A stretch of 41,854 nucleotides of DNA from a virus (taxonomy: Duplodnaviria; Caudoviricetes), in the IMG/VR virus record IMGVR_UViG_3300035135_000663, positions 1 to 41,854 of that record; one strand, given 5' to 3'. The position numbers and the translations under genes are program-made. Below the pieces are notes generated by a model. The model was not told where the DNA came from and ran no database searches. It worked only from the letters and a program-made list of their open reading frames with translations. Positions 26,707 through 33,568 of this stretch are shown piece after piece (position 1 is the first letter of the stretch; each line of letters opens with the position of its first letter).

Positions 26707-27225
26707 ATGGCAGTTCTGTGTGATTGGGAGATCAAGGCTCGGTGCCGGAAAAGCCAAATGGTCGTCCCATTCGATGAAGAGCTGCTGAACCCAGCGAGTT
26801 TGGACTTGCGGCTGGGTGACTATTTGATGGTGGAGAGCATCTATAGCCCTGAGTTGGTGCGTATCAACATCGCGGACAAGACAGAAGATGACCCGTTCAT
26901 GCTTCAGTCCGGCGAGTTTTGCTTGGCTGAGACACTTGAGCTGTTTAACTTGCCCGACGACATCAGCTGCCAATTTGTTCTCAAGTCAAGCCGCGCACGA
27001 TCTGGTCTTAATCACCTGCTTGCTGGCTGGTGCGATCCAGGCTGGCACGGAAGCAAGCTGACGCTCGAATTGAAGAACGAACGACTGCATCATGCTTTGC
27101 CGCTTTGGCCTGGTTTGAAGATTGGTCAGATGGTGTTTCACATGATGTCCAACGTCCCAATGAAGAGCTATGCGGAGACAGGCCACTACAACAACCACTT
27201 GACAGTCATGCCGTCCGTGGCATGA
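26707..27225 (+). CDS. dcd: dCTP deaminase
   Basis: LNPASLDLRLG, LAETLE, KSSRARSG, DPGWHG.LTLEL.N, KIGQMVF. Confidence 0.93.
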   Translation: MAVLCDWEIKARCRKSQMVVPFDEELLNPASLDLRLGDYLMVESIYSPELVRINIADKTEDDPFMLQSGEFCLAETLELFNLPDDISCQFVLKSSRARSGLNHLLAGWCDPGWHGSKLTLELKNERLHHALPLWPGLKIGQMVFHMMSNVPMKSYAETGHYNNHLTVMPSVA

Positions 27226-27247
27226 ATTGATAAGAATCTTCAGGGCT

Positions 27248-27463
27248 ATGGGCTGGGCAGACTGGATGGTCGTCAACCAAACCCTTGAAGAGGAGTTGGA
27301 GTTGGAGCGTGCCGTTCGAGACGTTAAAAGCTGCGCTGACGAAGATGCCCTGAAGCAGTTGTGCGTGTCATTGGTACGGACCAACTGGCATCAGGCCAAA
27401 CTGCTGAAGCAAGCAGTCGGTCACATCGGTCAGTTTGACGAGTCGATGTCTTGGTCCGATTGA
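27248..27463 (+). CDS. Small helical-hairpin protein, NblA-like by eye
   Basis: 71 aa; TLEEELELERAVRDV...DALKQLCVSLVRTNWHQAKLLKQAV; ORF secure, family tentative. Confidence 0.55.
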   Translation: MGWADWMVVNQTLEEELELERAVRDVKSCADEDALKQLCVSLVRTNWHQAKLLKQAVGHIGQFDESMSWSD

Positions 27464-27735
27464 GTGAGCTTGTCCAGTCCAAGAGCTTCCCACGCTTTTT
27501 TAGCCTTGCCCTCGACTCTGGCGTTGATGGCTTCTTGGCGTTTGACCTGATCAAAGGCTTCAGCTTTCGCGAAAGCAGCTTGAGTGGTGTTCTCTTGAAT
27601 GTATTTGTAGGCGAGGTCGCGCAGCAGCACAGACGGTTTTATGTCGAACTTCTCGGTCAGTTTTAGGAACAGATCTCCTTTCGCAGGCTCAAACAGCACC
27701 TGGACATGCAGCCGATTGCCGTGCTTACTTGCCAC
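27430..27735 (-). CDS. Probable ribbon-helix-helix DNA-binding protein
   Basis: RLHVQVLF strand, then helix, IKPSVLLRDLAYKYI helix. Confidence 0.6.
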   Translation of the reverse strand: MASKHGNRLHVQVLFEPAKGDLFLKLTEKFDIKPSVLLRDLAYKYIQENTTQAAFAKAEAFDQVKRQEAINARVEGKAKKAWEALGLDKLTQSDQDIDSSN

Positions 27736-27759
27736 GCGCTAATACATTAAAGCCCGATG

Positions 27760-27969
27760 TTACCACGTTATGGAATTGTCGACCTTTTTCTTCCACGCAC
27801 TGCTTTGATTGGAACGAGAGGTTGTTCGCTGTGTGCGACAACCAGCTCTAACTTCTCTTGCACGCTCCAAGAACATTGCTGCTCGTTGGAGATCACCTGT
27901 CGTTGAAAGCTGAATCGCTTTGCTGAGACGCTCCATGATGATTTGACGCCCCGATCTCGGTTGCGGCAT
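27760..27969 (-). CDS. Small basic hypothetical protein
   Basis: 69 aa ATG ORF in the - strand run. Confidence 0.65.
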   Translation of the reverse strand: MPQPRSGRQIIMERLSKAIQLSTTGDLQRAAMFLERAREVRAGCRTQRTTSRSNQSSAWKKKVDNSITW

Positions 27970-28066
27970 GACTCATCGCCCCAGCAAGACTTTGGTGGAA
28001 CGTTAGCGCGTAGGACTCAGTGAGTACAATCCATTCAGCATTGTGCCGGAAGATTTGTACGTTCAT
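27893..28066 (-). CDS. Possible 57-aa hypothetical protein
   Basis: MNVQIFRHNAEWIVL...; ATGA-coupled to upstream stop, but overlaps next gene by 77 nt. Confidence 0.4.
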   Translation of the reverse strand: MNVQIFRHNAEWIVLTESYALTFHQSLAGAMSHAATEIGASNHHGASQQSDSAFNDR

Positions 28067-28320
28067 TTGTCAGCATTAAAGATGTGATGCAGTCTCTTGA
28101 ATTCATGAATTGGCGTTGAAGTAAGAATGCTGACCTCTACATTGCAGCGCAATGCGTTGATGACTTGTCGCTCCATGTAATCCATATTGGATTCATAGGT
28201 GACTTGTTCAACAGCAAGCGGCTTGTCGTCCATATCGAACGAGGTGAACCGCGTTATTGCTAGAGGACAGTGTTCGTCAGCGATCTGGCAGTAATGCAGG
28301 TGAACGTTTTTAGTCCCCAT
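28063..28320 (-). CDS. Hypothetical protein
   Basis: MGTKNVHLHYCQI...; start at 28320 overlaps end of preceding gene. Confidence 0.7.
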   Translation of the reverse strand: MGTKNVHLHYCQIADEHCPLAITRFTSFDMDDKPLAVEQVTYESNMDYMERQVINALRCNVEVSILTSTPIHEFKRLHHIFNADK

Positions 28321-28573
28321 CGCTGGAACGGAAGAGTTCGTTGAATACAGTGGCGACAAGGCTTTCAGCCTGTTGCCTATCCAGACCATAGCTGGATCGA
28401 CGACGAACCTTCGTAACAGCTTTATGAAAATCATTCGTGGTGATGCCGAGGTGGTTCGGTGGTTGCATCAGGCGTTCACGGATCAATTCTGACCTGTGAA
28501 TGCCTTTCTCTTTGGCTTCAGCAGAAAGGCTTTCGGCTAGCTCTTCTGGTAGAAGGGTTTCAACTTTTTTCAT
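28310..28573 (-). CDS. CopG-like ribbon-helix-helix protein
   Basis: MKKVETLLPEELAESLSAEAKEKGIHRSELIRERL. Confidence 0.8.
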   Translation of the reverse strand: MKKVETLLPEELAESLSAEAKEKGIHRSELIRERLMQPPNHLGITTNDFHKAVTKVRRRSSYGLDRQQAESLVATVFNELFRSSDGD

Positions 28574-28574
28574 C

Positions 28575-28600
28575 AAAGAAAGAGGGGGCTTTGTGCCCCC
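28575..28600 (-). terminator. Intrinsic terminator after the ParB-like/RHH pair
   Basis: - strand GGGGGC-ACAAA-GCCCCC then TCTTTCTTT. Confidence 0.7.
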
Positions 28601-28629
28601 AGTAAGACGACAAGTGATTTGAGCAAAAG

Positions 28630-28794
28630 CTAGTCTTGCCAAGACTTCTTGAGCACAGCAAGAATATAGTCGCTGCGTGACTTGTAGACAGACTTTTTGT
28701 AAAGGTTGTCAAGGTGTTCACGCTCTTCAGGTGTCATGCGAACGGGCACAACAACCTTGCTTCGCACGTAGTCTTTTTGAAGATCTTCTTTCAT
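28630..28794 (-). CDS. 54-aa ribbon-helix-helix protein (not in ORF track)
   Basis: MKEDLQKDYVRSKVVVPVRMTPEEREHLDNLYKKSVYKSRSDYILAVLKKSWQD*; ATGA-coupled to ParB-like gene. Confidence 0.8.
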   Translation of the reverse strand: MKEDLQKDYVRSKVVVPVRMTPEEREHLDNLYKKSVYKSRSDYILAVLKKSWQD

Positions 28795-29687
28795 TTGTCT
28801 GACAGAGCAAAGTGAAGGCCGTTAAAAACTCCAGTATTTATGAAAGGATTTTTTGCGTAAGATTTCAAGACAACAACATCTTTTTGAATAAAGAGGTTGA
28901 ATGCAGAGGAGGAACAGAGTCGATAGAAAGCCATGGAATTAGTGGGCTTCCTTGTAGCTTTGCACTTTAGCTTCAGGTCACGATAAACGATGGGACTCTT
29001 TTGTCCGTGGCTAACGGTTCCGCTGCAATCAGATCCTTTTCTAATCAATGAGAAGAAGTCTTTGACAAGATTGTAGTCTTGGCTGGCCTTTAAAAGCAGC
29101 GTTCCAGCGGCGCGTTCACAGGAATTGAGGCTAGTAGATCCATATTGTTCGTCAATCCATTCAAGTTCTTCGTACAGATGATTGTGCATCATTTTTACCT
29201 GATGGCGAACCATTGGGCTGGTAGATCTGACGACGTTTCCATCCTGCCAAGGAGTGATGAGCATTAAGCAAGTGGAGCCAACCGTTCTGGAAATCTTGTG
29301 ACCAGCAATGGTGAGGCGGTCATGAAGTTCTCTTTTGGAGCCGGAGTCAAGGTTCTGTCTTGAGTCGTTCGGCATATTTCTGGCGACCCAAAACACTTGG
29401 GCGAGTCCAGTCTTGACGACAGCGTTGAGGCGATGTTGTCCTTGAATGAGATTGCCGTCTTCGTCAAAGGCGATTGCGTCAGAAGTAAGTGTCCAGCTGT
29501 TCTGGCGCATCTCCTCCTCGTACCGCTTAACGACTGTGGGACGGAGCTTGCGGTTGACGATGTTGGCGCGGAGGTATTGAGCCGCGATTTCAGGAGAGAC
29601 TATCTCCTGTTTCATCGTTGCGTTTGGGCAGAAACCTGGATGTTCCACGGGTGAGATGAATTGATCACTCGTGAAAGCTACTGACAT
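28791..29687 (-). CDS. ParB/Srx-fold (DGQHR-like) protein
   Basis: VSPEIAAQYL..N..NR.L....V..Y...M....W, IAFDEDGNLIQGQHRLNAVV; ATG 29687 preferred over GTG 29717. Confidence 0.8.
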   Translation of the reverse strand: MSVAFTSDQFISPVEHPGFCPNATMKQEIVSPEIAAQYLRANIVNRKLRPTVVKRYEEEMRQNSWTLTSDAIAFDEDGNLIQGQHRLNAVVKTGLAQVFWVARNMPNDSRQNLDSGSKRELHDRLTIAGHKISRTVGSTCLMLITPWQDGNVVRSTSPMVRHQVKMMHNHLYEELEWIDEQYGSTSLNSCERAAGTLLLKASQDYNLVKDFFSLIRKGSDCSGTVSHGQKSPIVYRDLKLKCKATRKPTNSMAFYRLCSSSAFNLFIQKDVVVLKSYAKNPFINTGVFNGLHFALSDK

Positions 29688-29753
29688 CACGTGATAAGCA
29701 CTGACGCTTTGTGACACTACTTATGGTGTCACGCCTTATCACGAAGCTTTACG
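29651..29753. repeat. 10-bp-phased repeat array in two inverted arms, covering a - strand promoter
   Basis: nTGA at 29651, 29661, 29671, 29681, 29691, 29701, 29711; TCACG/TTACG at 29729, 29739, 29749; - strand GTGATA-N17-TAGTGT (29742-29714). Confidence 0.75.
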
Positions 29754-29900
29754 TGGCTTCTTGGCTGACTTTCGCTTTGCTGGCGGCCTGGCCTTTCTCA
29801 GCGCCCTAGCGCGTGACCGTTCCATTGCCGCATCAAGCGCTTCTTTGCGGCCTGGCGGTTCTGGTACGCCACCGCGCTTCAAGATTCCGCTCCAATCCAT
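29739..29900 (-). CDS. 53-aa basic protein (not in ORF track)
   Basis: MDWSGILKRGGVPEPPGRKEALDAAMERSRARALRKARPPAKRKSAKKPRKAS*. Confidence 0.7.
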   Translation of the reverse strand: MDWSGILKRGGVPEPPGRKEALDAAMERSRARALRKARPPAKRKSAKKPRKAS

Positions 29901-29926
29901 CTCTCACGCGTATAGATGTCAAATAG

Positions 29927-30130
29927 TGTCCCCACAGCCCAAATGCCAGTCGTACCAACGGATGTGCTTGGGGACACCATGGGGGGACAATCAGATTTGT
30001 CCCCGTTCCTCCTGAGTCAGCTCGATCTCAACCGCTCCATCCATCAAAGGGGGACACAGGGGCTTGTCCCCCTCGTTTTGTCCCCCATCAGAATCCGCTC
30101 CAGCACTGGCATACGTACCAAAGGGGGACA
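29927..30130. repeat. Putative replication origin: eight TGTCCCC/GGGGACA iterons in dyad symmetry
   Basis: Copies start at 29927, 29970, 29983, 29998, 30050, 30065, 30079, 30124; mirror-spaced about 30027-30028. Confidence 0.8.
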
Positions 30131-32243
30131 TCTTCTGAACCTCTCCGCACGCGAGGTTGGCTTTGTATTCCTTGGAACGAGAATTTTTTGGGACGAATGA
30201 GACGATCAGCTGTTGAGCTTCCAGCCGCTGGAGCGATTTTTTGATTGCAGCTGCAGAGCCAGCAATAACCGCATCAGCCAGCAGATCGGTCTTGGAACGG
30301 GATTCGGGATAAGCCGTCCGAAGGCGATTCAGCACCCGACCACGAACTGATGATGGAGCGGTGTCATCAGGGTCCATCTCAGGCGTGAAGTCAGAGATGT
30401 AGAAGTTGAGGTCATCGTCCTGACCAAGGATCAGATGGGTGCCAGAGCGGCCTGAGCGGCTCTTCTCCACCTCAATCAACCGTTCATGACGTTGAACTTG
30501 TTGCTGCTGCTTGGAGCGCTTCTGCGGATCAGTCTCTGGGCGTTTGAGGCTCCAGGTCTCGTCTACAGCGTCACGGATGGCTGAGGTGCCACGGAAGCCA
30601 CCGTTCTTGTTGGCATGGTGGATGATCAAGATCGTGGTGGCTGGGAACAGATCACCGTTGTTCTTGGTCAGCCAGTACAGCGGAGTGGCGAAGTCTGATT
30701 TGTTTTCATCGAACGCCTTGCCACCGGAGCAGCCAATCAACGAATCGATGACGACCAGCTTGGGCTTGTAGGTTTCCATCAGTTTGATGAACTGGGCGTA
30801 GCGCTGAAGCTGCCAGTCCGTCTGGATGTAGGTGTCGGAGGTGATGGGGAAGTCAGCTTCGATGAGCTGTTCCTTGAGCTGAATCAGAGGCTGATCACCG
30901 TTGAGCAGCAAGACAGGGCCTTGCTCGATTGGAACGGCAGCGCCACGAACCTTGAATGGTGTGCCAGTTGCGATGTGCTTTGCAAGCGCCCAGGCCGCTG
31001 TTGATTTGCCATCACCACCAGCGCCGTAGATGAGGATGACCGAGGGGTGGGGCAGAACATCAGGGATGAGGTAGCCACGCTTCTCTTCCAGCTCCATCAA
31101 CTTTTCAACAGTCATCAGAGATTGTGCTTTCTCGTAAGCGATCTGATCAACGATCAGTTTTTCAAGGGATGACTGATCGCGATAGCCCGCCTGGAGCGCA
31201 AGGGAATTGAGCTTGTAATTGACCTCAGCTGGGTTATCGATTTCAAGGATGCGCTTGGCACGGCGCATGACCTCCTCGAAGTCGAGAGTGGCCTGACGGT
31301 ATTCCTGAACTTTTTTCTCCTCAGCGGCTTTTACGATCTTTTTTGTATCTTCCGAAAATCGGTGCCTCTCTGGGTCAGCACGATCAGCCATCCAGATCAG
31401 GGTGCCAAGGCCAACACCAGAGCCCTTGAAGGAGTACCAAGTGTCCTCACAAGGATTCTCGCCATCAGCCCACTCATGGGCGAAGTCAGGGTCTTCTGAG
31501 GACCAAGCTGACCAGAGAACAAGACCGAGGTCGTTGGGCAGAGCGGAGTGAATCGCCATGCCAACCTTGACCCAGTGATCACGGCTGCCTTTGCCTTGGG
31601 TCGGAATGACCTTGAGGCAATCGTTGATGATCTGACAGACCTCATCTTGGGTCCGATCAGTGAAGTCAAGGTCGCGTTTGATCATGGCCTTAGGCGGCTG
31701 TTTCATCTCAGCCAGCAGCCAGTCAGGTGCGACAGGGATGCGGTTTAAATCACCTTCTAAATGGTATTGCCCTGGTACGGAAACTTTGCCACCGGGGTAA
31801 GCGCCATAGATAACGCCCTGACGTTTGCTGTTCCAGAGGATTTCGTAGTCATCGTCATCACCGAGGCCACGACCTTCGACTTCATTCCAGAGGTTTTCTG
31901 GAACGCGGAAGATGTACTTGGCGGCGTTTTTCTTGGTTGACGTGACCTTTGGAGCGCCTTCGAGGGTGTCACCCCAGCGAGCGATGACTTTGTTGAGGTT
32001 GCGATCAACGTCAAGGATGACGATGCCTTTGCCACGGATGCCAGTGAAGATGCCAACCGCTTGGATGTCAGGGTTTTGCCGAGCAGCGAGGGCAACATCT
32101 GCTGGACCCAGCAAGAAATCAAAGGATTCCTTGGTGGGGTTCTTGCCGCCTGCCAGCTTGCCGCCAGGCATCTTGGCCCCCTTGCGGTAGATGGCGGCGT
32201 AGACCAGCGCTTCAGGCAGCGCCTTGACGAAATCCGAAAACAT
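29991..32243 (-). CDS. Primase-polymerase (PrimPol + PriCT-2) fused to RecA-like/AAA_25 helicase, with probable C-terminal winged helix
   Basis: VGIFTG...IVILDVD; W.KVGMAIH...W..WS; Walker A GAGGDGKS; Walker B LVVIDSL; IIHHANK; RGTSAI; KSR. Confidence 0.92.
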   Translation of the reverse strand: MFSDFVKALPEALVYAAIYRKGAKMPGGKLAGGKNPTKESFDFLLGPADVALAARQNPDIQAVGIFTGIRGKGIVILDVDRNLNKVIARWGDTLEGAPKVTSTKKNAAKYIFRVPENLWNEVEGRGLGDDDDYEILWNSKRQGVIYGAYPGGKVSVPGQYHLEGDLNRIPVAPDWLLAEMKQPPKAMIKRDLDFTDRTQDEVCQIINDCLKVIPTQGKGSRDHWVKVGMAIHSALPNDLGLVLWSAWSSEDPDFAHEWADGENPCEDTWYSFKGSGVGLGTLIWMADRADPERHRFSEDTKKIVKAAEEKKVQEYRQATLDFEEVMRRAKRILEIDNPAEVNYKLNSLALQAGYRDQSSLEKLIVDQIAYEKAQSLMTVEKLMELEEKRGYLIPDVLPHPSVILIYGAGGDGKSTAAWALAKHIATGTPFKVRGAAVPIEQGPVLLLNGDQPLIQLKEQLIEADFPITSDTYIQTDWQLQRYAQFIKLMETYKPKLVVIDSLIGCSGGKAFDENKSDFATPLYWLTKNNGDLFPATTILIIHHANKNGGFRGTSAIRDAVDETWSLKRPETDPQKRSKQQQQVQRHERLIEVEKSRSGRSGTHLILGQDDDLNFYISDFTPEMDPDDTAPSSVRGRVLNRLRTAYPESRSKTDLLADAVIAGSAAAIKKSLQRLEAQQLIVSFVPKNSRSKEYKANLACGEVQKMSPFGTYASAGADSDGGQNEGDKPLCPPLMDGAVEIELTQEERGQI

Positions 32244-32253
32244 CGTGTATTAT
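32224..32253 (+). promoter_or_regulatory. sigma70-type promoter antisense to primase
   Basis: TTGACG (32224-29), N18, TATTAT (32248-53). Confidence 0.7.
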
Positions 32254-32259
32254 TCGAGA

Positions 32260-32323
32260 GTTGTGTGTATGATTCCCGACCATTTCTCGCTTGAGCTGGG
32301 CGAGAAGCGGTCGGGATTTTTTT
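32260..32323 (+). ncRNA. Predicted ~64-nt counter-transcribed RNA, antisense to the primase leader
   Basis: Promoter upstream; stem TCCCGACC/GGTCGGGA plus TTCTCGC/GCGAGAA (32274-32316) and T7 tract (32317-23); no ORF. Confidence 0.6.
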
Positions 32324-32329
32324 ATCCTA
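32324..32329 (-). promoter_or_regulatory. Probable -10 element for primase-helicase
   Basis: - strand GCGG-TAGGAT; no good -35. Confidence 0.5.
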
Positions 32330-32336
32330 CCGCAAC

Positions 32337-32366
32337 TTGACAAGCCCAACAGACCCGACCTAGCTT
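32337..32366 (+). promoter_or_regulatory. sigma70-type promoter for the rightward replication/recombination operon
   Basis: TTGACA (32337-42), N18, TAGCTT (32361-66). Confidence 0.65.
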
Positions 32367-32412
32367 TCTAGGGCGTCAGTTTTTGGCGCGGCAACTAAAG
32401 AGGCAACTCAAC

Positions 32413-33015
32413 GTGAATCTTTCCGATTCTTATCTCTCAATTCTCAACAGCGAAAACGAAGGAGGCTCTTCAACCGAGAGCTATCTGCGTTACACAAAGC
32501 TCGAACAGGGCAAGCCTGCAAATTTTGCATTGCTTGAGCAAGACCCGCTCTGCTACTGGCTTGTCTGGGGTGTTGATGCAAACGAGAAGATGAAACCTTT
32601 TCGTTTCATGACTCAACCAACGGCTGATGAAATCAAGCTCGAACTGGGCTCTGATTACAGCCAATGCCTCAACTATGACAAGACTGCAGTGCGTAAGCCT
32701 GTGGAATGCCTGACCTGGCCTGTTTACAACTGGGACACAAATTCAGTCCAAGTTCTTGAAGTTTCCCACGTTTCATTGGGACGGCAGTTTGCCAAGTATG
32801 GCCTGAACAAAAAGTACAGCAAAAATCTGCTGGACTGGGACTTCGAGCTGTCGAAGATCAAGGCTGACATGGTGCGGTACGAGCTGCTGATCGTTCCCCG
32901 TGACGAAGACGAGCACGATGAGGTCGCCATGGCGAAAGCCTGGAAAGCTGTCGAGCGAGATGGCTTCGATCTGAATCGGATCGTGGTCGGCGGTGATCCG
33001 TTCAGCGAGGGTTGA
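32413..33015 (+). CDS. Putative ssDNA-binding/annealing protein
   Basis: GTG start; WPVYNWD...VQVLEV, WDFELSK, ends DPFSEG; between primase and exonuclease; function inferred. Confidence 0.6.
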   Translation: MNLSDSYLSILNSENEGGSSTESYLRYTKLEQGKPANFALLEQDPLCYWLVWGVDANEKMKPFRFMTQPTADEIKLELGSDYSQCLNYDKTAVRKPVECLTWPVYNWDTNSVQVLEVSHVSLGRQFAKYGLNKKYSKNLLDWDFELSKIKADMVRYELLIVPRDEDEHDEVAMAKAWKAVERDGFDLNRIVVGGDPFSEG

Positions 33016-33018
33016 GCT

Positions 33019-33342
33019 GTGGAACTAAACGCTAGAAATGCGTTGGAATCCATAGATGAATCCTTGGATTGCATTGCTCGCAACCTTCCTGAGACTTCAA
33101 GGTTTGACACTGGTGATCTTGAGGCGGCCATTCTCAATGGATTTTCCAAGCTTGGTCCCGGCTTAGGAGGTCAATGGTTCGACAAAAGTTTGGAGAACAT
33201 TGACGACCACCTGAACGAGATCCGAGTCGCCACGGACATGCAAAGCGAGTACCTTCACGACATTCACGTCTCTCTACGTCATCTGGCTGAGTTAAAAGCT
33301 GGCCGCAAGCTTGACGGTTATTGGGCAGACATCGAGGACTGA
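33019..33342 (+). CDS. Hypothetical acidic helical protein
   Basis: 107 aa, GTG start 3 nt after previous stop, followed by terminator. Confidence 0.7.
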   Translation: MELNARNALESIDESLDCIARNLPETSRFDTGDLEAAILNGFSKLGPGLGGQWFDKSLENIDDHLNEIRVATDMQSEYLHDIHVSLRHLAELKAGRKLDGYWADIED

Positions 33343-33351
33343 AGTTGGAGC

Positions 33352-33375
33352 GGGGGCCTTGCGCCCCTTCTCTTT
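33352..33375 (+). terminator. Intrinsic terminator
   Basis: GGGGGC-CTTGC-GCCCCT then TCTCTTT. Confidence 0.7.
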
Positions 33376-33406
33376 GCATGTAAATTAGTCTCGGGTAGAT
33401 GCGTCC

Positions 33407-33568
33407 ATGGAACCACCCAAGACAGTTACAACATTCATGGAAGACGGCTGTGTCTCCGTGACTGTTGGTCATCTGACTGGGGTGGTTTCTAGCGCTCATC
33501 TCGTGGAGCCCAAGGAAAATCAGCTCCGTCAACGGTGGCTGGAAGAAAACGCCATCAATGACGACTGA
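33407..33568 (+). CDS. 53-aa hypothetical protein (not in ORF track)
   Basis: MEPPKTVTTFMEDGCVSVTVGHLTGVVSSAHLVEPKENQLRQRWLEENAINDD*; overlaps exonuclease start. Confidence 0.7.
   Translation: MEPPKTVTTFMEDGCVSVTVGHLTGVVSSAHLVEPKENQLRQRWLEENAINDD

Noticed and set aside
26365-26973. 202-aa - strand ORF and similar antisense ORFs in the track (e.g. 100-285, 778-1146, 3322-3699, 20403-20882)
   Set aside because: They overlap well-supported genes on the opposite strand and show no recognisable motifs
29651-30130. Repeat clusters as mini-CRISPR arrays
   Set aside because: Units are 4-10 bp, in mixed orientation, with no 25-45-bp repeat/spacer pattern
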